A stretch of DNA of 63,144 bases, counting the filler, from Lenisia limosa (taxonomy: Eukaryota; Protista; Breviatea): the NCBI GenBank assembly GCA_001655205.1. It is 10 parts of 10 records of this genome, joined end to end, with 100 filler letters (N's around TTAATTAATTAA, not from the genome) between each part and the next. Parts side by side here need not be neighbours in the genome. Positions count along the whole stretch, not along the records: positions 37,792 to 53,862 come from LPNZ01003957.1; positions 53,963 to 56,645 come from LPNZ01005095.1; positions 56,746 to 58,902 come from LPNZ01003069.1; positions 59,003 to 63,144 come from LPNZ01010997.1; 6 more parts are not named here. One strand, given 5' to 3'. The position numbers and the translations under genes are program-made. A model generated the notes under the pieces. The model was not told where the DNA came from. It did not search any database and saw nothing but the letters and a program-made list of their open reading frames with translations. Shown here in pieces: positions 51,701 to 61,716 of the stretch. Each line of letters starts with the position of its first letter. The stretch's first letter is position 1.

Positions 51701-54700
51701 ATTACTTGACTAAGCTAGTTTAGTACGCATGATATAATAGAGTTTGAAACCAAAGAATGACGATTTTAGTCCTTTTCTTCGCTATAGACGACATGTACAT
51801 TAACAACACAATTTTGGAGATCCGTTTCGACAAGAATACCGGAAAGCCCACGGTCGGTGCTGACTTGATATCCTGTACTTTCGGTGCTTCCACCGAAGTC
51901 TACTGGATTTCAGAAAGGTGAGAGGTACATCTGATATTTTTTTGGATTGTTGATATGATAGTAAAGAATATCGCATAATATGGCTTATATTTGTACATAA
52001 TTCATCAAATGGAAAGTTTAGTTTTGGGGACCAAATGTAATTAAAGTAGGTTTTCTTTTTCCGATATTTGTGTACTAGGCACTTTTTTAGAATGATATAT
52101 TATAGTCTTTTTCGAAAAGAACTGCTTATACTGATGGTGTAGCTCCCTGGTAATAGAACTGCCATTGGATGTAGCAAGGAGTTCTCTTGTTATCGGAGAG
52201 TCTACCTGTACTATCTCAGCCCCAATTCCTGCTGTTGACCCTTCCTCTTCTTTGGGTAAGTGGGCGCTGTTTAAGTCTTCATCTTAGGCTAAATATCGAC
52301 CTTCTTGGGGAAATCTTCAATTATACCTGTATGCTTCACACTAACGTGAAGTCCTTGTCAAATACCAAGGGTTTTACTACATGGAAATTGATCATCTCAT
52401 CTATCTTATTTGGTAACAACCTTCTGCAGTCCATATAAGAAATGAGGAGTATCTGCACATTTTCTTGTTAAATTAAGATTATTTTTTTATTTTTTTTATT
52501 TTGTATAGTTTCCACCTCAACCCCCTAACACCCATCTTGAAATCACCCACCCCCCTCCCAACCACAGTTGAACTAACAAGCACCACTCCCATCCTTACGG
52601 GATCTTTGAACCGCAAAGCAACAGGGCTCTATGCGAAGTCCAACGTTACCTTGGGCTCCTTAGATCCCTATCCGAGTGTTGGCTGGGATGATGATTCAGT
52701 AATGTTGATTGGCTAGTCAATGACACTTGGTGAAGAGACTGTAATCCCATATCTCAGATAAACATAATCGCCTGGTGGCTTAAATCAAATTTTTTCTTGT
52801 GTTATTTCCAGTTTCTTCATTTTCAATGATGTGGACGAATTAGATAATCAAACAATTAAAACCATTAAATGATAACGATATTGGAGATCATCAATGGTTT
52901 TACCATATTAGGAAGTTGCTGAAGATGCAGAGACAGCTTTCGACGTATTTTCAGTTGGAACGGTTTGGGGGTATTCACGCCACCCTCCTCTTTTCCTTAA
53001 GACGCCTACCATTGTGAACCTCGCTTCTCCTTTTTTTTATAAATGGTTATTATTATTTTGAGTTTTGCCATACTGTTTGTTTCTTTAATGTTCACACCCC
53101 TCCCTCTACCTCTGTTTCTGAAATGTCAAGAAAAAATAGTTGTGATGAATATAAAGGGGGTAGTACCTCTTTTTGTCAGTAATATTTCAGTATTGTTTCA
53201 CGTTATTAGGAGGAAGACGATTTCGCTTCTTTCCCCGCCAGTCAATGGACCATGACCTCCAGCAACGACAGTATGACGGGTAATATTTGTTAGGATAGCA
53301 TGTCTCAGGATATCATCTTCATTAAAAATGTTTTGTTGTTTTTGTGGGAGGGGGGCATGTTTCAGTGTAACGAGTGGGGTTAGGGTGTTTGAAGCATTAT
53401 TGGGGCCGCCTTGCTTCTTAAAGGGGTATTATAGCAAGTGAATCTATTCTAAGTGTTTTAATATCCATTTCTACTTGTAACTTCAGTTGAGAAGAATACA
53501 ATGTGTATTTCTACAGTTGCAAAGAGTATTTATGATAACAAATTGAAATAGGTTCCCATATGTGTCGTGGGTATGGTCTAACATTTTGGGAATAGCAAAT
53601 ATGACCAAACAGATGTCTTGATCAAGCTTGGAGACCGTGAGGCTTCGCTTACTCTTTCGGTTTGAAAAAAATCATTAGACGATTTCCATAATCAGTTCAA
53701 AATGCTCTATCCATCATTTAAATCACCATCAGCACCATTCGATTCGAGTCAGTTTTCATCTCTTTAGGGTGCTGGTATTCCCGCGGACTTGAACACTCTC
53801 TTTAGTACTCTGAAGGTCATTACCTCTAATGACTATTTCGGCGAATTCCACCTCTCTCTTGGNNNNNNNNNNNNNNNNNNNNNNNNNNNNNNNNNNNNNN
53901 NNNNNNTTAATTAATTAANNNNNNNNNNNNNNNNNNNNNNNNNNNNNNNNNNNNNNNNNNNNAATATTGTTCTTGCTCGGAATCATTATACAAATCTAGG
54001 AACACTAACACCGCTAACCCTTTAGTATTGCCGTTTTCGACAGCATGAAAGTGGTTGTTAACCTGGGGCTGAACTATACCCTCAAGTTTGAAAGGTTAGG
54101 GGGGTCCTTTTTTTATTTTATTGGAGTAGTAGAGTACACATCACACACACGTAGATATAGTGCGTAATATTATTTCACAATTATTACATCATATCTAATA
54201 TTATGATTATCAAATAAATCGTATCCAATTGTGATTATCAAGCGTATACATTCATACTACGTCTTATCCGATAGTGGTTATGAAATAATTTATCTAATCC
54301 AATAGTGGAGGCAACCTTGCTGCAACAGTGTTCCCCCTCAAGGCCGGAAACTGCACTCAAATCAAGGTCTGAAGACCCACGGGCATCCGTTTTTGTGCAG
54401 TAGTTCTTGATTAGAAACTTGGATCTTAAAAATCTAACGGTTGCTGCGCATGAAAAAAACACCCTTAGAAGAGTTTTTACAAAAACGGAAACGAAAATGA
54501 CAGAGTGTATTTGCTCTGAAAAGCAAAAAAATACATACAAATATTATATAGCCAACAATAAAATAACGAACCTAGGGCAACAGTGTACAGTATTTTGACG
54601 AGTGCGTCTGTCCCGACGGTTACGGCCAATACAACAGCTCCTCAACTTCCGACTGCGCTCCATGCGGAATTGGCAAGTACCGTGCAATCAGCAGCAGCAG

Positions 54701-56645
54701 CCCTCAGTGCACAAGTTGCCACTTCTACAAGACCACTACGACGCTTTATGGAGTCACTGATGCCGACTGTGAATGCAGACCTTCGTATGGGGGGGTATTG
54801 TGATGGGCTTCACTTCGGTTCGGAAAACGACCCTATTCATCTAAATTTCCTTCNNNNNNNNNNNNNNNNNNNNNNNNNNNNNNNNNNNNNNNNNNNNNNN
54901 NNNNNNNNNNNNNNNNNNNNNNNNNNNNNNNNNNNNNNNNNNNNNNNNNNNNNNNNNNNNNNNNNNNNNNNNACCCCCCAGGTTCTCAACGACCTCTGGC
55001 GGCGATTGTGTCTGTCCTAAGGGCTACTACTTCCATGCCGGCAACATTGAGTGCCTGCCCTGCGGCAACAATCTGTATAAGGACACCGAGTCCAATGAAC
55101 AGTGCTTCTCCGTTGGGGGAGTGTTTATATATATATTATATATTACATAGTATAGGATATGTATATGATATGTATTAATCATGGGAGTTGTTTTGCTTTC
55201 TAAATATTCTGTTTTTGTTTTTTAGCCCCCCAGTTCTGTTTTTGGGCTCTTTTTGTTTTCAAAATAATCCTTTTTTTTTACTCTCCAGTGTGGGCGGAAC
55301 AAGGTGTACAACGCCACCGTCACGCCGGCCACCTCAGAAGGCCAGTGCGAGTGTAGGGCTACCTTCCAAATGGTTGACTCTTCATGTGTTTGTCAGGTAA
55401 GGGGATTGTGTTCTATTTGTTTTGTTTATGTTTATGTTTTTGTTTTGAAAGGAGGGGTAGGCTCTTCTGTATCAAGAATATAATATGTGTAAGTCTTACG
55501 TTTGGGGTTTCAGATTATTCGGTTCGTGATTAGTACCTTTACGCCAATATTCTTCACAGAAATTTCCTTTTACCCCCTAGGCTGGCTACTATGTCGATAC
55601 GTCTTCTGATAACTGCATGCCTTGCTCCATCAACACCTACAAGGAGGAACCGGGTGAGACACGGGAAAAGAATATCGAAACGTGCGATATCATAACGTAT
55701 CACATTCTCCCATTTCCACCATTTCACCCCATCAGGAGTATCCGCCTGCACGTCTTGCCATCGATCCATGGAAACAACGGGGGTGGGCCACACGAGTCGC
55801 TACGGCTGTTCCTGCCGCGAGAATTACTACAAAATCGACCCGCTTGCTGAGGAGTGTATGGCGTGTCCAAATGGCGGTAGGCGACTGGCCTGGGCGTTGT
55901 TTTTTTTACTAGTGAACAGAGTTGATTTTGGGTGTTTCNNNNNNNNNNNNNNNNNNNNNNNNNNNNNNNNNNNNNNNNNNNNNNNNNNNNNNNNNNNNNN
56001 NNNNNNNNNNNNNNNNNNNNNNNNNNNNNNNNNNNNNNNNNNNNNNNNNNNNNNNNNNNNNNNNNNNCGCGGCTCCTTACGCTAAAGAAGACTACTTCCC
56101 GTCTCCGAATAGTGGGGGGTACACTTGTGATAAGCGAGCACCACTGGAATGATAGGGATAGGTCTGGGATAGGTCTGGGGGTCTGTGATAGGTCTGTGAT
56201 AGGTCTGTGATAGGTCTGGGATAGGTCTGTGATAGGTTGATAGGTACATAGGGATGCTTTTGTATGTGAGTTTTCCAAATAGTGGAGGAGAGAACCTTAG
56301 ATTAATAATATTATTTTGCGATGTTTTTCACGCTTCAGTTCTCAACGTTTTCTTGACCTGTCCGATTTCCGGCGTTTGTGGCAATAACACCGCTTGTGGA
56401 GATGGGTGAGCTTCTTCAGGGCCTGTTGTCTTGTTGTTTTTGTTTTTGTTGTAGTTCCTCTTTTCCCTTCCTTCTGAGTGATTTTATTTTTCTTTTTGTT
56501 TATTAAACGTTCCCAATTTTACCCCCCCTCCCCAGTTACGAGCAGACAATGTGTTCAGTGTGCAGTGAGAACTACTACTCTGTATACCTGTCCTGCCTGG
56601 AGTGTCCAGGAAACGGTCTTTTTATCGGCTACTGTTTCTTCATGT
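45761..56645 (+). CDS. Large receptor-like surface protein: signal peptide, FN3-like repeats, GCC2_GCC3/ephrin-receptor-like Cys repeats, start of TM region
   Basis: MVNLLRFLIIWLIAANVIPAALS signal; FN3-like exons (LSDLWTGVTYSYNLTSIN, DGLRYETFYTLTAV, FTGMIPDTDYTF, IGTAYTIDVTVENNGGSNS); Cys repeats CVCPDGYGQ..CAPCGIGKY, CVCPKGYY..CLPCGNNLYKD, AGYYVD..CMPCSINTYK, CSCRENYY..CMACPNG; then CSVCSENYYS..CLECPGNGLFIGYCFFM. Crosses the 53863 spacer and is truncated at the 56646 spacer. Confidence 0.85.
46867..46959. mobile_element. hAT-type MITE copy
   Basis: TAGGGCTTCGGTTC...GAACCGAAGAAAGCTCTA; perfect TSD AATTTTCC. Confidence 0.9.
48598..48696. mobile_element. hAT-type MITE copy (degenerate ends)
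   Basis: GGGCTTCAATTCAGTTCGAAAAAGAC...GAACTGAAGTAAAGCCCT with the family internal core; TSD not clear. Confidence 0.75.
49090..49173. mobile_element. hAT-type MITE copy (shortened)
   Basis: TAGGGCTTCC...GGATGCCCTA; flanks ATTGTCAA/ATTGTCAG (7/8). Confidence 0.8.
49524..49622. mobile_element. hAT-type MITE copy, opposite internal orientation
   Basis: Degenerate left TIR, family core in reverse orientation, intact CCGAAGTGAAGCCCTA right end. Confidence 0.7.
50326..50389 (+). repeat. Intronic repeat family R2 copy ending at a 3' splice site
   Basis: GTTTCAGATTATTATACGCCAATATTCATCGTCGAAATTTCCTTCGTGTTACCTCCCCCCCAG, then exon ATGPSYSQ. Confidence 0.8.
50511..50798. mobile_element. Two hAT-type MITE copies in one intron (~50511-50599 and 50701-50798)
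   Basis: Both carry the family core and TIR remnants; the second has flanks GCTGTACC/GCAGTAAC (6/8). Confidence 0.75.
55504..55580 (+). repeat. Intronic repeat family R2 copy ending at a 3' splice site
   Basis: GGGGTTTCAGATTATTCGGTTCGTGATTAGTACCTTTACGCCAATATTCTTCACAGAAATTTCCTTTTACCCCCTAG, then exon AGYYVD. Homologues at ~21814-21876, ~22641-22669 and ~41971-42012. Confidence 0.85.
56151..56252. repeat. Intronic minisatellite, ~11-bp unit GATAGGTCTG(T/G)
   Basis: About eight imperfect tandem units directly visible. Confidence 0.85.
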
Positions 56646-56913
56646 NNNNNNNNNNNNNNNNNNNNNNNNNNNNNNNNNNNNNNNNNNNNTTAATTAATTA
56701 ANNNNNNNNNNNNNNNNNNNNNNNNNNNNNNNNNNNNNNNNNNNNCGTATCTTTATCTTTTTGTTTCTTTCTTCTATGAATCAGAAGCTCGATAGTATAA
56801 CGAGATATGTGGTATTTTCTCAATTCAATTGGAGTTTTTTTTATCACTTTTGATGCTAATTTGAGGGTATTTGTGGTCTAAGACCCTTTTTTATTAAATG
56901 TAGGTCAACGGTC

Positions 56914-58638
56914 ATGCCAAAACCCAAGTCAAAAAGCTATTTCGGGGCTAACAAGCCATTTTCAAAGGAAGGGTGGAAGGCTCAGAACCTTATTGAACGA
57001 AATAAGTTCATGAATCAGGCTTGGTATGAAAGAGATAGTCTTAACTGGAACTCTATTTCCTCTTTTACCCATCTTGATTCTGCAAGCGATTATTCATTTG
57101 AAATCCCCCGTTCATCATTCATGAAATGCTATAATCGATATGTGTCTCAATTGGAGAAGCAAAGAAAGGAATCTGGGAATGGAGCATTTGGCATGATGAA
57201 ATTGATTGATACAAAGCCTGGTAGAAAAGCAGTCTCTGAAAAGGCCAAAAAATCTGTTGTTGATATTACTAAAGGTCTAAAAAAGGTTTGAACCTGTTGA
57301 ATTTTCACCTTTTAGAATGGTATTAAGGCGCATACGAGCCTTTTAGTTCGAAAAATGAAAGAGGCGGATGAAAATAATCTTGGAAGTCTTTCAAAGGTTA
57401 GAGAACAACTGAGAGCACTGACAGAGCCGTCAAACCTTGACATGAATCGACAAAAGGCAACTCAGGTAGGCTTTATTATCTACCTCATCACATTTTTAGC
57501 CTGAAAACTGTATGTTCAACAAAAGGACCAATTCTTCTGGAAGCAGATTGATGAGTTATATCTTGTTTAAATCAAATACTGTAAACACACAAAACCGTAA
57601 CAAAGTTGCTTTCCAAGCATATATGACTATGAAAGCAATGGAAGCAATTGCAACCAGACAAAGAAGTGTTTGTCTCCAAATTTGATCCAATCTTTACAAA
57701 TTTTGTATCAAATGCGGAACGTGAATTATCACTTGACCTCACCGAAGCAGATCTTAGAAAAGTGAGTATTTATTTCTTTCANNNNNNNNNNNNNNNNNNN
57801 NNNNNNNNNNNNNNNNNNNNNNNNNNNNNNNNNNNNNNNNNNNNNNNNNNNNNNNNNNNNNNNNNNNNNNNNNNNNNNNNNNNNNNNNNNNNNNNNNNNN
57901 NNNNNNNNNNNNNNNNNNNNNNNNNNNNNNNNNNNNNNNNNNNNNNNNNNNNNNNNNNNNNNNNNNNNNNNNNNNNNNAGCGCTATATAGTTTCAGTAAT
58001 TGCTTTGCTCCGTTATAAGCGCCTAACCTGTACCTTCCTGTTCCAGGAAAACCAACATTCATGGAAAAGCCTTCAGTTTCTGAAACTGCTGAATTCAGAA
58101 GAGCCGCTCAGATCTTGGATTCTGGTGAAGATCTCGCTCCAGACCAAGCAGTTGCGTTGCAAGCCAAAGCCATGGTTTTGAATGATGAAACAGTGAATAC
58201 ACTCAGTGATGTTGAAAAAGGATTCTTACAGGGGTCTTCAGCAGCATTGGCTGTTCTTACTTGAGATACGAGATAGCTCCGTTCTCAAAAAGCTTCCGTT
58301 AATATCCAGAGCTTTATTGGAGTCTGAAAACCAAATCGAAATTCTTGAATCTGTTGTGAAGTCTGTTTCAAACATTGGTCCTTCAACTGATATCATACTA
58401 AAGCCCGTAAAATTCTTTGTTTTGGAACGCGGAGAGCAAGTGGTGTCAATTCGTCCAGGACAGGTAGGTAGTACTCTTATATAATGTTATCTTTTAGATC
58501 ATTGCAACAAAGGATGAATTAAAACCTGACAGAGCAAGAAATGCCCCACCCAACAAAGGTGGAATTCTTGGGCCAAGCGATACGACTGTCAGAAAGTTGA
58601 AGGAAAAGGGGAAAAAAATCCGAAAAGTAACTGTGTAA
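56914..58638 (+). pseudogene. Degenerate pogo/Tc5-like transposase derivative with introns
   Basis: YSFEIPRSSF (psq-like HTH), KPGRKAVSEKAKKSVVDITKGLKK-NGIKAHTSLLVRKMKEA (Tc5/CENP-B-like HTH), RQKATQPEN, tail GGILGPSDTTVRKLKEKGKK*. At least two frameshifts; no DDE core visible. Confidence 0.5.
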
Positions 58639-59002
58639 ATATATTTTGATTGCAATAGTGGCGTGGTTGGGTTTGAAAAGGACCATGGACTAAAGGCATA
58701 ACTCTTTTTGGGGGGAAAAACCAAAAAAAAAATGACACGATATCGAATAAATGACACGGTTTCTGCGCGGCAGCATATATATGATATACTATAATAACTA
58801 TGATAACTAATTATTGGTATGCTGGGGAGGTATGCAGAAAGCTGTGTGCACAGAGTTGCAAGGCAAATGATTGGCTGAATTAATATTAATCCAATATCTC
58901 TTNNNNNNNNNNNNNNNNNNNNNNNNNNNNNNNNNNNNNNNNNNNNTTAATTAATTAANNNNNNNNNNNNNNNNNNNNNNNNNNNNNNNNNNNNNNNNNN
59001 NN

Positions 59003-61317
59003 TCATGGCAGCCTGGCTCGCGACGCTTGACAGATGTGGGGCGGATGTCATCACCAAAGGTGATCATCATGGTTGCGGGCCCACCATCCAACCAGCAGCT
59101 CCAGCGGATATCATCAGACCACATNNNNNNNNNNCGTTAAAATTTTAGAAGTCATAAATTTTTGTACTTGTGTTCATTTGACCCTAAAAAGACCGATAAA
59201 ATACCGAAAATTATCGATAGTTTATCGGGGCTTTGCTTGACAAAGTAATACTATTTCAAATGAAATCAATTAAAATAATAATAATTTTATCAAAATGATG
59301 TGAAGTTAATCACACAATTTTAGCATCAGGAACCAATTCTTACCTTCGTGGGTGAGGGGATACGGCTGTTGGTAGTTGAGAAGGGGGACATGTCGACAAG
59401 GGCCTCGGTAACGCGCATGTGGAAGCTCTTGCGGTCAATAGATGGGCGTCCGGCAGAGGAGAGAGAGCATCGGTGAGATCAACGTACACCATGACGAGGT
59501 TGTACCAATGCACAACAGCGGGACAGAAAACGGTCTAAAACAATGAAATATGAACCAAGCCATAATCATAGAAATGTTCAATTACATNNNNNNNNNNNNN
59601 NNNNNNNNNNNNNNNNNNNNNNNNNNNNNNNNNNNNNNNNNNNNNNNNNNNNNNNNNNNNNNNNNNNNNNNNNNNNNNNNNNNNNNNNNNNNNNNNNNNN
59701 NNNNNNNNNNNNNNNNNNNNNNNNNNNNNNNNNNNNNNNNNNNNNNNNNNNCGACGCTCTTCTGTTGCGGTTCGTGCCACATACGTTGATGCCTTGAGTC
59801 TTGAGGGTCTTGAAGAGCGTAGTTGAAGTAAACAGGTTGTCAAGAGCAATGATGTGGCCTTCAGCGGTGAGGGTCTTGACGAGCTTAAGGACGTGTTCGC
59901 TCTAGGTGGAAAGAGGTGTCAAAGATGTAACCGCCTTCTCCTGCGATAGCGTAGACCCTGATGCCCGATGATATTGGCTTCTTCTGACCGGTGACCTGAT
60001 GGAGTGAATCACAAAAAATACCCAAGCGTAACTCCAAAAAAGAATCTCCCACCCCCCACCAATACAAATAAAAATACACTTAACCAACCTTGAACGTGAC
60101 GTACTTCGATTTCGTAGCAATCATCTGCTCATCAATGGCAAGATGGCGTGGGGGGTCGTACGCACCGCGCCAGGCGGCAGTGACGGCGGTGAGGAAGGGA
60201 CGGATCTTGGTTATGGGATCGTCGACAGACATCTCGGACCTGGCAGCGAAATAGAGAACACGGTTGATCTCAAAGAATCGAGTCCGCGAGAAGATGGACG
60301 ACAGGAATGGGCAATAGGTGGCCCAGTTGTCCTGGGACCAGATATCTTTGATGTTGGACCTAGGGCAAACACCACCAATGACGAAGCCGAAATACCGCTT
60401 GATGTCGGAGGTCGAGACAAACGCAATGTCAGCCAGAGACTCCTTGGTGTAGCGTAGATAGGTGGGAAGAGTGGTAGATGGATCTCGGGAGACTGATGGA
60501 GGTTAACAATATTGACGATTTTGCGAGAAAAAAACAACAACAAAATGGAATAAATGAAAAAGCAATGAACAAATAACGATGCTTGGTTTCAAAAAATATA
60601 AACTACCAGCGTACTACTCTAACCATGTTGACACCGTACTGAGAAGGGCATCATGATGTGAAAGGCCTAATAAATTAAGAAAAGAAAAGAAAACCCCACA
60701 TAATATTAAAAAAAAAAGCAAACCTGAAGAGGGGAAGTTGTTGTACAGGAGGGTCCGACATGGTTGGAATCGCTGAAAGGAATTTCTCCAATCTTCTTGG
60801 GCTTGTTTGTCCAAGTGNNNNNNNNNNNNNNNNNNNNNNNNNNNNNNNNNNNNNNNNNNNNNNNNNNNNNNNNNNNNNNNNNNNNNNNNNNNNNNNNNNN
60901 NNNNNNNNNNNNNNNNNNNNNNNNNNNNNNNNNNNNNNNNNNCACATACCATATTAGGCAAGTCTGAAAGGTTAATCAGAGCATGAATCAAAAGGATATT
61001 AATCACCCTTAGGAACGAGGTGGATTATGGGTTTTCAGGGTAAGGGGAAGTCAAGAGAAGTTATTTTTACTAAAAATGCCGTCAACGAAAGGGTAGAAGG
61101 AGGAGAAGGGGAACTTAACAAATATTTATCTTCTTCAGAAGAAGACAACCAGCTGCAATAGCTCTCTTTTATGTTTAACCCTCATACCAACAGGCTCAAT
61201 TTGCCGAAGGAGGGCAATACGCTCCGGAGTTGGGCCAAGCAAGGCAGTATTTGGCTTAGGAGGTCCTTGGTCTTTGTCTTGCGCTCTCTTACTGAGCTTA
61301 CGAGCTCTCTTTCCCGT
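59003..61317 (-). pseudogene. piggyBac-family (DDE_Tnp_1_7) transposase, intron-containing, degenerate
   Basis: GPSCTTTSPLQ; DIKRYFG..IWS..FSRTRFFEINRVLYF..DPITKIRPF..YDPPRHLAIDEQMIATKSKYVTFK, intron 60088-59996, then QKKPISSGIRVYAIAGEGGYIFD; GHIIALDNLFTSTTLFKTLKTQGINVCGTNR; CWLDGGPATMMIT..VKRR; CPAVVHWYNLVMVYVDLTD. Asp codons at 60131, 59839 and 59478. Two internal deletions with frameshift. Confidence 0.88.
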
Positions 61318-61559
61318 CTGAAGACAATGAAAAACTTCAAAACAGAGTGCTACAAACCTTCTCCTCCATCAAAGATGTAACTAACAAATAAAACCTAACA
61401 CTTGAGACTGGGGAGTCAATCTCTTGACCTTTTTTTCAAAATGACGGAAAAGGGCTTCTATTTTCGGTAATACCTCTCATGTTAAAAACTGGACCAATAT
61501 GGTCCTGTGGTCCATAAAAGATAAAAATTCTACCATTCATCACTACTACTTCCTCCCAG

Positions 61560-61716
61560 ACCGCCAGTCCAATCTACAACAAATACAATACGTGATGTCA
61601 ATGCTGGGGCGGCAATAGAGGAGACGCATGCTGTCTCGGAGGCAATTGGACTTCATGCTGACTACCGACCTCCTCGCAAAATTAGAGATAGTTGTTCTGA
61701 TTCCATGGTTGTCCAG
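61560..61716 (+). CDS. Isolated exon resembling an RNase H-like domain
   Basis: CCCAG acceptor; AAIEETHAVSEAIGLH...IRDSCSDSMVVQ resembles the NNxAELxAxxxAL...xSDSxxVV segment of RNase HI-type folds; the first Asp motif was not found. Confidence 0.3.
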
